64,000 bases of DNA from Escherichia phage ime09. The stretch lies in sequence record NC_019503.1; one strand, 5' to 3'. Each line of letters starts with the position of its first letter. Positions within the stretch are counted from its first letter, which is position 1. Under the pieces are notes generated by a model that was not told the origin of the DNA, did not search any database, and saw only the letters and a program-made list of their open reading frames with translations. The translations under genes were made by a program, and so were the position numbers. Shown here one piece after another: positions 31,610 to 44,061 of the stretch.

Positions 31610-31638
31610 ACTTTGTGCAATCTTTGGAAAATAAAAAA

Positions 31639-31656
31639 GGACTCCCGAAGGAGTCC
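31639..31656 (-). terminator. Intrinsic terminator after the 58 aa basic-protein gene
   Basis: Minus strand ggacucc uucg ggagucc followed by UUUUUUAUUUU. Confidence 0.7.
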
Positions 31657-31661
31657 TCAAC

Positions 31662-31838
31662 TTATGCTTTCTGCTTACCAAAACGAGAAGCATCATCTCG
31701 AAGAACCGCACGTGCTCGGCGCATGATCTTCTCAACAGTTTGATTGATACGAGAGTTCGACCCACGCTTGTAACCAGCGCGTTTAGAATCACCAACTTTC
31801 TTTTCAACTGCTTTCTTTGCTTTAGCTTGTTTTGCCAT
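31662..31838 (-). CDS. Small highly basic protein, 58 aa (possible nucleic-acid binding)
   Basis: ATG at 31838 (ORF track extends to 31880); MAKQAKAKKAVEKK... Lys/Arg rich; followed by strong terminator. Confidence 0.55.
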   Translation of the reverse strand: MAKQAKAKKAVEKKVGDSKRAGYKRGSNSRINQTVEKIMRRARAVLRDDASRFGKQKA

Positions 31839-32032
31839 TATAAATTCTCTTTTAAATGAAAATGCAGGACTTATTGGCATTGCCTGCGAAAGCCCTCAAG
31901 GGGTACTTAGGTTTTGAATATTTACCGACAGGATAACCATAAACCTCGTCAACATTCAAGAGGTACACCGTAAAACAAAGTTCGACGGCTCCTCGTTTTA
32001 ACTTCACACTAAGGCAGTGACTCTCCAATAAA

Positions 32033-32281
32033 TTACTTCAGTGTTACCACAAAGTGACGAACTGCTTTTCGTGCAGCAGAAGCCAGAGGCTTAGCATATT
32101 TAAGTTCATCTTTTTCCTGAAGCTCAGCAGCTAATGCAGTTTGAGCAGGATTCAGATGTTTGAAATAACGCAGGATTTCAAGAGCTTCGGCTTCAACATC
32201 AATAGATGCGCCATAGTTTTCGTGACCATTATTCCATGCGTTTCGTTGCAGTTCAAGAGCGTATTGTAATTGTTTAATCAT
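32033..32281 (-). CDS. rIII: rIII lysis inhibition accessory protein
   Basis: 82 aa as in T4, located between gene 31 and the 30.x cluster. Confidence 0.88.
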   Translation of the reverse strand: MIKQLQYALELQRNAWNNGHENYGASIDVEAEALEILRYFKHLNPAQTALAAELQEKDELKYAKPLASAARKAVRHFVVTLK

Positions 32282-32407
32282 TTAAAAATTCTCGTTAGAG
32301 ATTAAAACTCGGTAGTCACGTTCTTCTGAATTTCATCTTCTTTCGACAGATCTCTCAGTTGTAGACTACCACATAGAATTGAAACTCAATTCATATTATT
32401 ATTTATA

Positions 32408-32743
32408 TCACTTATAAAGACACGGAATAGCTTTATAGTGACAGGTAACGAATTTTTGTTTAATTTCTTTTGGCTGCTTAAGACCCAGAGCTACAAAAGG
32501 ATGCGGAACGTTTCGAATTTGACCAACTGGAAGAGAAGTCAAATCACCAACTTCACAGAAACCTTCAGGAACATCAGGACCAACAGAGTGAATTACACAC
32601 AGTTCAGGAACTTCACCTTGAACACGTTTACCGATAATAAGTCCTGATTCTGTAACTTCTTCATCACCGGCTTGTGCAGGTTCAGAAACTAAAATAACAT
32701 ATTCACCGACAGCACGAATTGGTAGCTGTTGTACTTCAGACAT
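32408..32743 (-). CDS. 31: Co-chaperonin gp31 (GroES functional analogue)
   Basis: 111 aa as T4 gp31. Confidence 0.93.
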   Translation of the reverse strand: MSEVQQLPIRAVGEYVILVSEPAQAGDEEVTESGLIIGKRVQGEVPELCVIHSVGPDVPEGFCEVGDLTSLPVGQIRNVPHPFVALGLKQPKEIKQKFVTCHYKAIPCLYK

Positions 32744-32800
32744 CGTTTTTCCTTTTTTGTTAACAGATGAATTAATAATAACAAATAATTCTTAAAGCAT

Positions 32801-33109
32801 TTATTTACCAATAAATTGGAGCAAATGCTCAACTTTCATGCCATTAACGGAAATCAATTTGTCAATAGAAAAACCTCGCCACTCGCCAAGCTCAACATCA
32901 AATACTGGAATCATATCAGTAGATTCTTTCCGGGCAGATTCAGTCAATTTACCGGTTTGCATGGTTGGCATAAAGTCTGCATCACGAGTACCTTTCATAG
33001 TACGAATAGTACCATCAGACTTTTCAAAAACTACGTTTGAAATACCCATGGACAATTTAGTTTTCAAAATTTCACGAATTGCTACTTTTTGTTCAGTCGT
33101 CAATTTCAT
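32801..33109 (-). CDS. Hypothetical protein, 102 aa (T4 31.1 position)
   Basis: ORF, synteny. Confidence 0.65.
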   Translation of the reverse strand: MKLTTEQKVAIREILKTKLSMGISNVVFEKSDGTIRTMKGTRDADFMPTMQTGKLTESARKESTDMIPVFDVELGEWRGFSIDKLISVNGMKVEHLLQFIGK

Positions 33110-33346
33110 TTATTTACCTATTACAGTTTTATGATAAATTGTTCCACGTTCTTTAAGAGTGGAAAGTAATTTTTGATATTTTTCTAAATCAGATTTCCAA
33201 CTATGCGGTCTATCAATACAAACCCAGTTTGATTTATAATACTGTTTCCACCTAGAGAAAAAATATTTCTTATACTCTACAGCAAATGAAATGTTCTCGG
33301 TAGAATAAGAACTAATTGCTGTGAGCTGTACCAAACGAAATTTCAT
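33110..33346 (-). CDS. Hypothetical protein, 78 aa (T4 31.2 position)
   Basis: ORF, synteny. Confidence 0.6.
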   Translation of the reverse strand: MKFRLVQLTAISSYSTENISFAVEYKKYFFSRWKQYYKSNWVCIDRPHSWKSDLEKYQKLLSTLKERGTIYHKTVIGK

Positions 33347-33927
33347 TATTCACCACAGAATTCGTTGATATTTTCCCAGTTTAACTTATTCAAGTTTTTC
33401 TTAGGAACATTAAACACTTCAATACCTGCATTTCGCAGAATATCATCCCAGCCAGGTTTATTTTTATCGTATGTTTCACAATAAACCAGCTTTTTAATAC
33501 CAGATTGAGCTATTGCTTTTGCACAATCTGGGCAAGGAGAAAGTGTTACATACATAGTAGCACCTTCAATTGAAGAACCGTTTCGTGCAGCAAACAAAAT
33601 CGCATTTAGTTCAGCATGAATTTCATTTTTAGACGACCATTCAGAGTGCGCGCTACGATGTTCTTTCGCCAAGACAAAACGATCAGTTGAACCAAATGAT
33701 ACACATTCAGGCTTATGACCTTGAATGATAGTATGTTTAGGCTTATTCAGCAACCAACCTTGCTCAGCAGCATAATCACAGCAGTTCACACCCCCGGCAG
33801 GTGAACCATTATATCCGGTAGAAATAATACGTCCATTCTTTTCAATTACTGCTCCTACCTTCCAGGAGCAACATTTTGATTCTTGTGATACTAAATATGC
33901 AATTTGAAGTACTGTACTCGCTTTCAT
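33346..33927 (-). CDS. cd: dCMP deaminase
   Basis: 193 aa; zinc-binding H-x-E and P-C-x2-C deaminase motifs (HAELNAI, SPCPDC). Confidence 0.93.
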   Translation of the reverse strand: MKASTVLQIAYLVSQESKCCSWKVGAVIEKNGRIISTGYNGSPAGGVNCCDYAAEQGWLLNKPKHTIIQGHKPECVSFGSTDRFVLAKEHRSAHSEWSSKNEIHAELNAILFAARNGSSIEGATMYVTLSPCPDCAKAIAQSGIKKLVYCETYDKNKPGWDDILRNAGIEVFNVPKKNLNKLNWENINEFCGE

Positions 33928-34262
33928 TTCATAATCACCAGATAAGCAGATTTAGCAGTTTCAACACGATAAATTTCGTGACGAAGTTTAGTTATACTTT
34001 TAATAACAGAACTAATTATATTCTGCCCATCTTTAAAGCGGTTTTTCTTATCAATAAAAATTGCGCCAACCATCTTTTTGTGAAGCTCAACTGGATACTT
34101 CGTCACAATAATAGCATCATACACAGAAGGATGAATACTATTCACTAGAGTGTCATTCATTAAAGTTATTCTAATGAACTGTGCTGTGTCAGAGTCAAGC
34201 GCTCTATGATCGCCAGTATCATTTTCAAGACAATTATCAATTATATCAGTTAAATTCATCAT
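33924..34262 (-). CDS. Hypothetical protein, 112 aa (cd.1 position)
   Basis: ORF, overlap coupling. Confidence 0.6.
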   Translation of the reverse strand: MMNLTDIIDNCLENDTGDHRALDSDTAQFIRITLMNDTLVNSIHPSVYDAIIVTKYPVELHKKMVGAIFIDKKNRFKDGQNIISSVIKSITKLRHEIYRVETAKSAYLVIMK

Positions 34263-34495
34263 AGTACGCCATACACCCTTTGTGCTTCAACTAATCCATC
34301 AAAATCCAATTTGAGATGTGTTATTTGGTCACCATCACCTGGATTCACAATTACTAATACTGAACGAGGAGTTTCGGTAATAACACGAACCGATGTTTCA
34401 GGAAATCGTTCAGAAACCTTATTTACCAATTCCTGAGCAAATAGTTTAACTTTTTCTTGGAATTCTTTAACAGTAATTGGTTTTTCACTTAGCAT
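34259..34495 (-). CDS. Hypothetical protein, 78 aa (cd.2 position)
   Basis: ORF, overlap coupling. Confidence 0.6.
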   Translation of the reverse strand: MLSEKPITVKEFQEKVKLFAQELVNKVSERFPETSVRVITETPRSVLVIVNPGDGDQITHLKLDFDGLVEAQRVYGVL

Positions 34496-35016
34496 GTTGA
34501 TCCCAGCTCCTTACTTTCAACGTTTTTAACTAATTTGACAGAAACTAATTCGGCATCTTGGGTAATCATTACCGGGCCTTCTTTATACTCTTCAAGATAT
34601 TCTAGAGCTTTCTTTTTAGCTTCTTCCTTCGTATCAGTTTGAGCATAGATATAAAACATACAACCAGTAATACCTACTACTTTCCACTTAATTTCTTTAT
34701 CAGTTTTAATTTCAAATTTACTGACAGAATCGTCTTTTTGAACTTCTTCGAAAAAAGAATATTCTAACATATAAGCAATTGAAAATAACGGGCTAACTTT
34801 ATAGGATTCGCCCATTACATCAACAGCTTTATACCAACAGTCATCAATTTCGCGTTTAATGCTAATAACATTTTTCGCAGGATCTATTTTTACTTTAAAT
34901 GAATTTTCCCCAATAAACTGAGCAATTCGTTTATTAGCCCCGCAGGTTTCATTAAAAATATCTTTATATCCAGCTTTAAAGCGATAAACCTTATCTTCTT
35001 CAAACCATTCGCTCAT
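34489..35016 (-). CDS. Hypothetical protein, 175 aa (cd.3 position)
   Basis: ORF with GAGGA SD and early-type promoter upstream. Confidence 0.65.
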   Translation of the reverse strand: MSEWFEEDKVYRFKAGYKDIFNETCGANKRIAQFIGENSFKVKIDPAKNVISIKREIDDCWYKAVDVMGESYKVSPLFSIAYMLEYSFFEEVQKDDSVSKFEIKTDKEIKWKVVGITGCMFYIYAQTDTKEEAKKKALEYLEEYKEGPVMITQDAELVSVKLVKNVESKELGSTC

Positions 35017-35044
35017 TTCAATTTCCTCATTTGTTTTGGTAGAG

Positions 35045-35077
35045 CTATAATATCACAACTCTACCGTAAAGTAAACT
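35045..35077 (-). promoter_or_regulatory. Early-type promoter TTTACT-17-TATTAT
   Basis: -35 plus 35070-35075, -10 plus 35047-35052, extended TG. Confidence 0.45.
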
Positions 35078-35078
35078 G

Positions 35079-35354
35079 TTAAATTGCTTTGAATTCTGAT
35101 GTCTGTGATTCAAAGCGAATATCGCCTTTGATGACTAGCTCAGCATCAAGACCGAATACGACAATGATATGCGCGGAACCTGGATACAGCGTAATGGCAA
35201 TAGAATCCACCTGGTCTGGAAGCAAAGTGTTCAATACATGAGTCACTTGAGCATGAATTCGAAGCTCAGCTGCGTTATCAAGCTTTTCAAACATATTATT
35301 AGCGATAATTTGGCTAAACACTACTTCTACGATTTTAGAGTAAGTTGGAAACAT
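35079..35354 (-). CDS. Hypothetical protein, 91 aa (cd.4 position)
   Basis: ORF. Confidence 0.6.
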   Translation of the reverse strand: MFPTYSKIVEVVFSQIIANNMFEKLDNAAELRIHAQVTHVLNTLLPDQVDSIAITLYPGSAHIIVVFGLDAELVIKGDIRFESQTSEFKAI

Positions 35355-35361
35355 ATTTACC

Positions 35362-35548
35362 TCACATAATTTTCTTCAAGCCAATTAATAACATCCAACG
35401 CATTATCAAAAGTGAACCATCTACTTTGTCTTCTGTTTCATAATCAAGAACATCTAAGCCTACTCTTCCATCAACAATAGGCCATAAACAAAATAGATAT
35501 TTCTTTTCTTTTTCAATTTTATCACAAAGTCGATAAATCTTTTCTATG

Positions 35549-35556
<8 letters not shown>
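35362..35556 (-). CDS. Hypothetical protein, 64 aa (cd.5 position)
   Basis: ORF. Confidence 0.5.
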
Positions 35557-36971
<1,415 letters not shown>

Positions 36972-36974
36972 TTA

Positions 36975-37205
36975 TTATTTCTCAACCAATGATTGAATAT
37001 AATCATGCAGGTCTTTAGATGCTTTACCCCACTTATTTTGGTATTCATTTTTAAGATTAGCACGTGATTGAGCTAATAAAACATCATTAGTTGGAGGTAA
37101 AGATTCTAATCGTTGAATCTGGCGTCCATAAATCATTGCAGCCATCTCGGATTCATAAATCAATCCTTTGAGGTGTTCAAATTGATGCCATGAAATCATT
37201 TGCAT
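36975..37205 (-). CDS. Hypothetical protein, 76 aa
   Basis: ORF. Confidence 0.55.
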   Translation of the reverse strand: MQMISWHQFEHLKGLIYESEMAAMIYGRQIQRLESLPPTNDVLLAQSRANLKNEYQNKWGKASKDLHDYIQSLVEK

Positions 37206-37495
37206 TTATCCTCTTTTAGCTCTTGACGATAATAACATATCATAGTTTTTTGGTCATGTACATATCGTTTTACATCATTAAGCCAAATACGAAATTCCTG
37301 GGAATCTTCAAATGGCATACCGACCCAAGCTTTACCATCAATAACTTTAACTTGCCAAGATAGTTTAGCTTCATCATATGACTTTATTTGTACAGGCCAA
37401 TTAGGATGAACTGTTTCTTTCTTTACTTCTAGAGGCTTTGTCGAACAACCAACTAGAAGACCAATAGATAATATTACTGCTGATAGTTTAATCAT
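37196..37495 (-). CDS. pseT.2: Outer-membrane spanin (o-spanin) lipoprotein
   Basis: Signal peptide with lipobox LLVGC, C-terminal cysteines; adjacent to i-spanin as in T4 pseT.2. Confidence 0.8.
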   Translation of the reverse strand: MIKLSAVILSIGLLVGCSTKPLEVKKETVHPNWPVQIKSYDEAKLSWQVKVIDGKAWVGMPFEDSQEFRIWLNDVKRYVHDQKTMICYYRQELKEDKCK

Positions 37496-37845
37496 TTAGA
37501 AAGGTCCTGGATGTCTTCTGCGAACTTGTTGAAGGAGTTGTTGATTTGTTTTTCAACCAATCCTGGCTTATGAGCCACCACATCCGCCTTCTTTGCGTCT
37601 TTGCGCAGTTTTTCATTTTCACGCTCAATAGCAGCAATTGCCTCACGATTTTTATTATTCATCGCATCAATATAATTATACTGAATTCGCAAATTATTTA
37701 ATGCTAAAGCGTTTTCATTGGCCGTTTTTGTAATTTCTACAACAGACGTTTCTAATCTTTCAATTTTATTTTTTAAAATTAAAGAAGTTCCGCCCAATGC
37801 AATTACAATTAATAACAAGCCTGTTGTCGTATTACTTAATTGCAT
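37492..37845 (-). CDS. pseT.3: Inner-membrane spanin (i-spanin)
   Basis: 117 aa, N-terminal TM helix (TGLLLIVIALGGTSLIL) followed by coiled-coil-like region. Confidence 0.8.
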   Translation of the reverse strand: MQLSNTTTGLLLIVIALGGTSLILKNKIERLETSVVEITKTANENALALNNLRIQYNYIDAMNNKNREAIAAIERENEKLRKDAKKADVVAHKPGLVEKQINNSFNKFAEDIQDLSK

Positions 37846-38339
37846 AAAGTTTTAATAACCTCTATAATATCGTCTTGAGAAAGACCGTTAATTAAAATAT
37901 GATGTTCAGCCGGAGATTTAGAAATTTTAAAGCATGCCTCAACATCTTCTGCCATATCCGATGCGCTACGATTTGGATTACTAATTCCAAGACGGTGTTT
38001 TCCCGTCAAAGGATTAACGATGATATAGCATTTACAATTATTGATATGAACATTAGGTTGAGTCTGATTAATGAACACATCACAATCATATTTCGCAAGC
38101 TGATTTTCTAAAAAGACTTTCATCTCCTCAACCGCATCAGGAAGCATATCACGGGCTTGCTCAAGACGACGATTTCGATATTCTTTAATGGTCGTTTTCC
38201 GCTTGACTTGCTTAGCTAAATCTTTCTTAAGATCGGTGATATATCCAACTCGACGATTTCCTTTAAATACAGAAATCCCATCTGTAGTATCACCGTATGC
38301 TTCAACGACCATTTCAGTAGTAATAAGCTGTAAATCCAT
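37836..38339 (-). CDS. alc: Alc, inhibitor of host transcription elongation
   Basis: 167 aa from second ATG (GAGGA 7 nt upstream); early promoter TTTACA-17-TACAGT upstream. Confidence 0.9.
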   Translation of the reverse strand: MDLQLITTEMVVEAYGDTTDGISVFKGNRRVGYITDLKKDLAKQVKRKTTIKEYRNRRLEQARDMLPDAVEEMKVFLENQLAKYDCDVFINQTQPNVHINNCKCYIIVNPLTGKHRLGISNPNRSASDMAEDVEACFKISKSPAEHHILINGLSQDDIIEVIKTLCN

Positions 38340-38364
38340 CATAAAGTCCTCATGTTATGTCAGT

Positions 38365-38402
38365 AAGACTACTGTAACACAACACGAGGGACTTGTAAAC
38401 AG
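38365..38402 (-). promoter_or_regulatory. Early promoter of alc, TTTACA-17-TACAGT
   Basis: -35 plus 38394-38399, -10 plus 38371-38376; 54 nt module nearly identical to 22737-22790. Confidence 0.5.
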
Positions 38403-38403
38403 C

Positions 38404-39991
<1,588 letters not shown>

Positions 39992-39999
39992 AATAAAAT

Positions 40000-40013
40000 G
40001 GGCCTTGCGGCCC
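40000..40013 (-). terminator. GNRA hairpin between nrdB stop and denA start (terminator and/or structured RBS)
   Basis: Minus strand ugggcc gcaa ggccca followed by uuuuauu then AUG. Confidence 0.5.
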
Positions 40014-40018
40014 ACTCC

Positions 40019-41188
40019 TTAAAAATATTTTTTAAAACTCATCATAACTTTATCATCAACATCATTATCAATCTGTGCTACAAGGTAAGATGACAGTTCT
40101 ACTTCTTGTGGCGCGGATTGAACATTATCAGAATTAAGATATTCACGAATCCAAGGATATGGATGTTTAACCGGAGCATCAGTAATTGGGCATGGAAGAC
40201 CACACTGTTTCATACGAGATACAGTTAAGTAATCAATAAAGCTCCACATGCTATTTGTATTTAATCCAGGAACATCGCCATCTTTAAATAAATGAACTGC
40301 CCAGTCTTTTTCTTGACGGTTAACTTCCATGAAAATATCAACTGCTTCTTGTTCACACTCTTGGGCGATTTTAACCCATTCATCACCATCAGTGCCAAGT
40401 TGAAGTTGACGAATAATATATTGGGTGCCTTTAAGATGAAGCTGCTCATCACGTGCAATGAACTTCATAATCTTGGCATTACCTTCCATGATTTCCATGT
40501 TCTTATGGAAGTTAAAGGTACATGCGAAAGATACATAAAAACGAATAGCTTCCAATGCGTTGATTACATGCAAGCAGAGGTAAAGAGATTTCATTAGCGC
40601 TCGTTTAGTACATTCAACAACTTTGCCTAGCTCTTCTTTACGAAATCCTTCTGATAAAATTCCTTCATAATCTTCAACCGCATTCTGGTATTCACGAGTC
40701 TTAACTAGAACATCATCGTAATAGCGACCAATGGACTCGGCACGTTTCATAATAGCTTTATCTAATACAATCTCATCAAACACCTTTGACGGATCAGTAT
40801 AAAGATTTCGCATAATATGAGTGTATGAACGACTGTGAATAGTTTCACTAAAAGTCCATGTAGCAACCCATGTATCAAGGCTTGGGTCTGAAATTAATGA
40901 CATAAGTACAGCAGACGGTGCACGACCCTGAATGCTATCCAAAAGTGATTGATACTTCAGGTTATTAGTAAAAATATCTTGCTGATACTGAGGAAGCTTG
41001 TTAAATTGTGCAGCATCCATCATCAAGTTTACTTCTTCAGGACGCCAGAAAAATGACAACTGTTTTTCGGTTAAATCTTCAAAAACTTTATGGCGTTGAA
41101 TATCATAACGCGCAATACCAAGACCTGAACCGAAGAACATAGGTTCTTTTAAAACATCAACTGGATTTGTATTAAAAACTGTGCTCAT
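40019..41188 (-). CDS. nrdB: Ribonucleotide reductase small subunit, uninterrupted
   Basis: Continuous 389 aa ORF; no intron. Confidence 0.95.
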   Translation of the reverse strand: MSTVFNTNPVDVLKEPMFFGSGLGIARYDIQRHKVFEDLTEKQLSFFWRPEEVNLMMDAAQFNKLPQYQQDIFTNNLKYQSLLDSIQGRAPSAVLMSLISDPSLDTWVATWTFSETIHSRSYTHIMRNLYTDPSKVFDEIVLDKAIMKRAESIGRYYDDVLVKTREYQNAVEDYEGILSEGFRKEELGKVVECTKRALMKSLYLCLHVINALEAIRFYVSFACTFNFHKNMEIMEGNAKIMKFIARDEQLHLKGTQYIIRQLQLGTDGDEWVKIAQECEQEAVDIFMEVNRQEKDWAVHLFKDGDVPGLNTNSMWSFIDYLTVSRMKQCGLPCPITDAPVKHPYPWIREYLNSDNVQSAPQEVELSSYLVAQIDNDVDDKVMMSFKKYF

Positions 41189-41239
41189 AAATTTTCCGCT
41201 TAGTTAATAGATAGTGACTCGTCCGTGAGTCAAATTATA

Positions 41240-43504
41240 TCATAATTTACAGGATGAACAATCTTCAGCTTTTGGAGTTTCTATTTCATAATCATCAGTA
41301 CCAGAACCGTCACGGGTATTATGATAATAGAAATTTTTTCCGCCAAAATACCAAAAATATAAAAGGTCATCAATCATTATTGACATTGGAACCTTTCCTT
41401 TTGGAAAAATCTGCGGGTCATAATATGTATTCGCTGAAGCTGATTGACACACCCATTTAAGCATAATAGCTACCTGCGTAAGATAAGGTTTATTACCCTT
41501 CTTAGCTAATTTCCATGTATAATCATAGAGGTCTATGTTGTGCTCAATATTGGGCACGACTTGATTAAATGAACCTTCTTTAGATTCTTTAACACTTACT
41601 GGACCGCGTGGTGGCTCGATGCCGTTGGTAGAGTTAGATACCTGACTTGACGATTCACAAGGCATAAGGGCCGAGAGTGTACTGTTACGGATTCCATAAG
41701 TTCTGATTTCAGAACGGAGTGCTTCCCAATCACAAACATAAGCGGGCGCAGCGATTTGGTCAATCTTTTTATTGTACCAGTCGATAGGTAATTCGCCTCG
41801 AGACCAACGAGTGTCTGAATAATATTCGCAAGGTCCTTTTTCTTTGGCGAGCTTAATGGATGCTTTAATGAGTCCATACTGTAATCTCTCAAATAGTTCA
41901 TGTGTTAAATCGTTAGCATCTTCATAAGAAGCAAAATTACTTGCCAGCCAAGCTGCATAGTTAGTAACACCTACGCCAAGGTTTCGACGCTTTTTAGCTT
42001 TTTCTGCTTCAGGAACCGGATATCCTTGGTAATCTAAAAGATTATCAAGAGCACGAACTTGGACTTCTGCCAATTCATTAATTTTATCTTGGTCTTGCCA
42101 ATCGAAGTTATCTAGCACAAATGCAGATAACGTGCACAATCCAATTTCAGCATCAGGACTATTCACATCATTTGTTGGAATAGCAATTTCACAGCACAAG
42201 TTGCTCTGACGAATAGGTGCCTTTTCACGAATAAATGGCGTATAGTTATTCGTATTATCAATGAACTGCACATAAATCCTTGCTGTTCCTGAGCGTTCAG
42301 TCATGAGCAATTCAAACAGTTCACGGGCTTTAATGCGCTTTTTACGAATATTAGGGTCTTTTTCTGCGGCTTCGTATAATTCACGGAAACGGTCTTGGTC
42401 TTTAAAATAAGAATAATAAAGCTCGCCACCCATTTCATGCGGACTGAACAAAGTAATGTAATCATTCTTTCCGAATCGTTCCATCATTAGGTCATTCAGT
42501 TGAACGCCATAATCCATATGACGGATACGGTTTTCTTCTACACCTTTGTTATTTTTCAAAACGAGAAGATTTTCAACTTCCAAATGCCAAATAGGATAAT
42601 AAGCAGTAGCAGCGCCGCCACGAATTCCACCCTGTGAACATGATTTAACAGCAGTCTGAAAATGTTTCCAAAAAGGAATAACACCAGTATGACGTACTTC
42701 ACCTGTACCAATCTTAGAACCTTCGGCACGAATCATACCAACGTTAATACCAATTCCAGCGCGTTTGGAGATATATTCAACAATTGAAGCAGAAGCCTTA
42801 TTGATAGACTTTAATGAATCACCTGCTTCAATAACAACGCATGAACTAAACTGCCGAGTTGGAGTACGGCAACCAGCCATAATAGGAGTTGGCAGTGAAA
42901 TCTGTCGAGTAGATACTGCTTCATAAAAACGGATAACGTGTTTTAATCTATCAACAGGTTCATCTTGATGTAATGCCATTCCAATAGTCATAAATGCAAA
43001 CTGCGGAGTTTCATAAATTTGACCAGTGGTTTTATCTTTAACTAGATATTTTTCTTTTAATTGCATCGCTCCGGAATAAGTAAATTCCATATCCCGCTCA
43101 TGCTTAATTTTTGATTCTAAAAATGTAATTTCTTCAGCAGAATATTTTGACAATAGTTCAGGGTCATATTTACCTTCATTTACACAGTAAGAAATATGGT
43201 CAATAAATGAACGTGGTTCATACTGCCCGTAAACATGCTTACGAAGAGCGAACATTAAACAGCGTGCAGCTACATATTGATAATCAGGCTCTTCAACTGA
43301 AATAGAATTCGCAGCAGCCTTAATGACAATAGTCTGAATGTCATCAGTTGTCATTCCATCACGGAGATATGATTTAATATTTTCATATAATTCATAAGGA
43401 TCTACAGATGTTCCTTCAGCTGCCCAAGATAAAACTTTAATAATTTTTTGCGGGTCAAAGCTCTGAGAAACACCACTACTTTTGATAACATTAATTAATT
43501 GCAT
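41240..43504 (-). CDS. nrdA: Ribonucleotide reductase large subunit
   Basis: 754 aa with ATP-cone N-terminus and catalytic core. Confidence 0.96.
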   Translation of the reverse strand: MQLINVIKSSGVSQSFDPQKIIKVLSWAAEGTSVDPYELYENIKSYLRDGMTTDDIQTIVIKAAANSISVEEPDYQYVAARCLMFALRKHVYGQYEPRSFIDHISYCVNEGKYDPELLSKYSAEEITFLESKIKHERDMEFTYSGAMQLKEKYLVKDKTTGQIYETPQFAFMTIGMALHQDEPVDRLKHVIRFYEAVSTRQISLPTPIMAGCRTPTRQFSSCVVIEAGDSLKSINKASASIVEYISKRAGIGINVGMIRAEGSKIGTGEVRHTGVIPFWKHFQTAVKSCSQGGIRGGAATAYYPIWHLEVENLLVLKNNKGVEENRIRHMDYGVQLNDLMMERFGKNDYITLFSPHEMGGELYYSYFKDQDRFRELYEAAEKDPNIRKKRIKARELFELLMTERSGTARIYVQFIDNTNNYTPFIREKAPIRQSNLCCEIAIPTNDVNSPDAEIGLCTLSAFVLDNFDWQDQDKINELAEVQVRALDNLLDYQGYPVPEAEKAKKRRNLGVGVTNYAAWLASNFASYEDANDLTHELFERLQYGLIKASIKLAKEKGPCEYYSDTRWSRGELPIDWYNKKIDQIAAPAYVCDWEALRSEIRTYGIRNSTLSALMPCESSSQVSNSTNGIEPPRGPVSVKESKEGSFNQVVPNIEHNIDLYDYTWKLAKKGNKPYLTQVAIMLKWVCQSASANTYYDPQIFPKGKVPMSIMIDDLLYFWYFGGKNFYYHNTRDGSGTDDYEIETPKAEDCSSCKL

Positions 43505-43821
43505 AAGTCCTCAACTTGAAAATCGTCTTTAAACAATCGGTTAACTATATGAGCTATTATATCACCATGACACGGCTTTGGTTTACATGTGCATCCTAGC
43601 CTCATTCCACGTAAAGGCTCTAAATGTGATTTAGTTATTTCTCCGGATTTAATTCGACGTATAAAATCTTTTTTGAATAATTCAATGGCAGCCTCCCGGC
43701 TGCCAGCATCTTTACCGACGTAATTTCCCCAAAATGTACCACGGTGAATATTAACATCAAAGTCGGATTTATATTTATTCACTACCTGGCATAGACGGCC
43801 CACGCGGTAATAATTCGTCAT
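43495..43821 (-). CDS. Hypothetical protein, 108 aa (nrdA.1 position)
   Basis: ORF overlapping nrdA start by 10 nt. Confidence 0.6.
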   Translation of the reverse strand: MTNYYRVGRLCQVVNKYKSDFDVNIHRGTFWGNYVGKDAGSREAAIELFKKDFIRRIKSGEITKSHLEPLRGMRLGCTCKPKPCHGDIIAHIVNRLFKDDFQVEDLCN

Positions 43822-44050
43822 ATTGTTGTTCCGTTAAAACAGTAATATCATAGTAGCAATCAGAAGAAGTTTTAACTGTGGAAATTTTATTATCAAAATA
43901 CTCACGAGTCATTTTATGAGTATAATACTTTTTACCATAAATGATAATAGGTTGTTCTGGTCCTGGAACTTCTAACTCGCTTGGATTAGGAAGTGTAAAA
44001 AGAACGACACCAGAAGTATCCTTAAATCGTAAAATCATATATCCTCTCAA
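43775..44050 (-). CDS. Hypothetical protein, 91 aa (nrdA.2 position)
   Basis: ORF downstream of td. Confidence 0.55.
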   Translation of the reverse strand: MRGYMILRFKDTSGVVLFTLPNPSELEVPGPEQPIIIYGKKYYTHKMTREYFDNKISTVKTSSDCYYDITVLTEQQYDELLPRGPSMPGSE

Positions 44051-44061
44051 TTAAATTAAAA

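Noticed and set aside
31553-31807. 84 aa minus-strand ORF
   Set aside because: Out of frame with the basic-protein gene and runs straight through the strong terminator hairpin at 31639-31656
32316-32369. Possible long-range stem (ggtagtc ... gactacc) in the rIII-gene 31 intergenic region
   Set aside because: Only 7 bp with a loop of about 40 nt; not convincingly stable, and no other evidence for an RNA gene
40013-40015. GTG start for denA used by the ORF track (144 aa)
   Set aside because: GTG lies inside the GNRA hairpin with the SD immediately adjacent; ATG at 39991 gives the expected 136 aa protein
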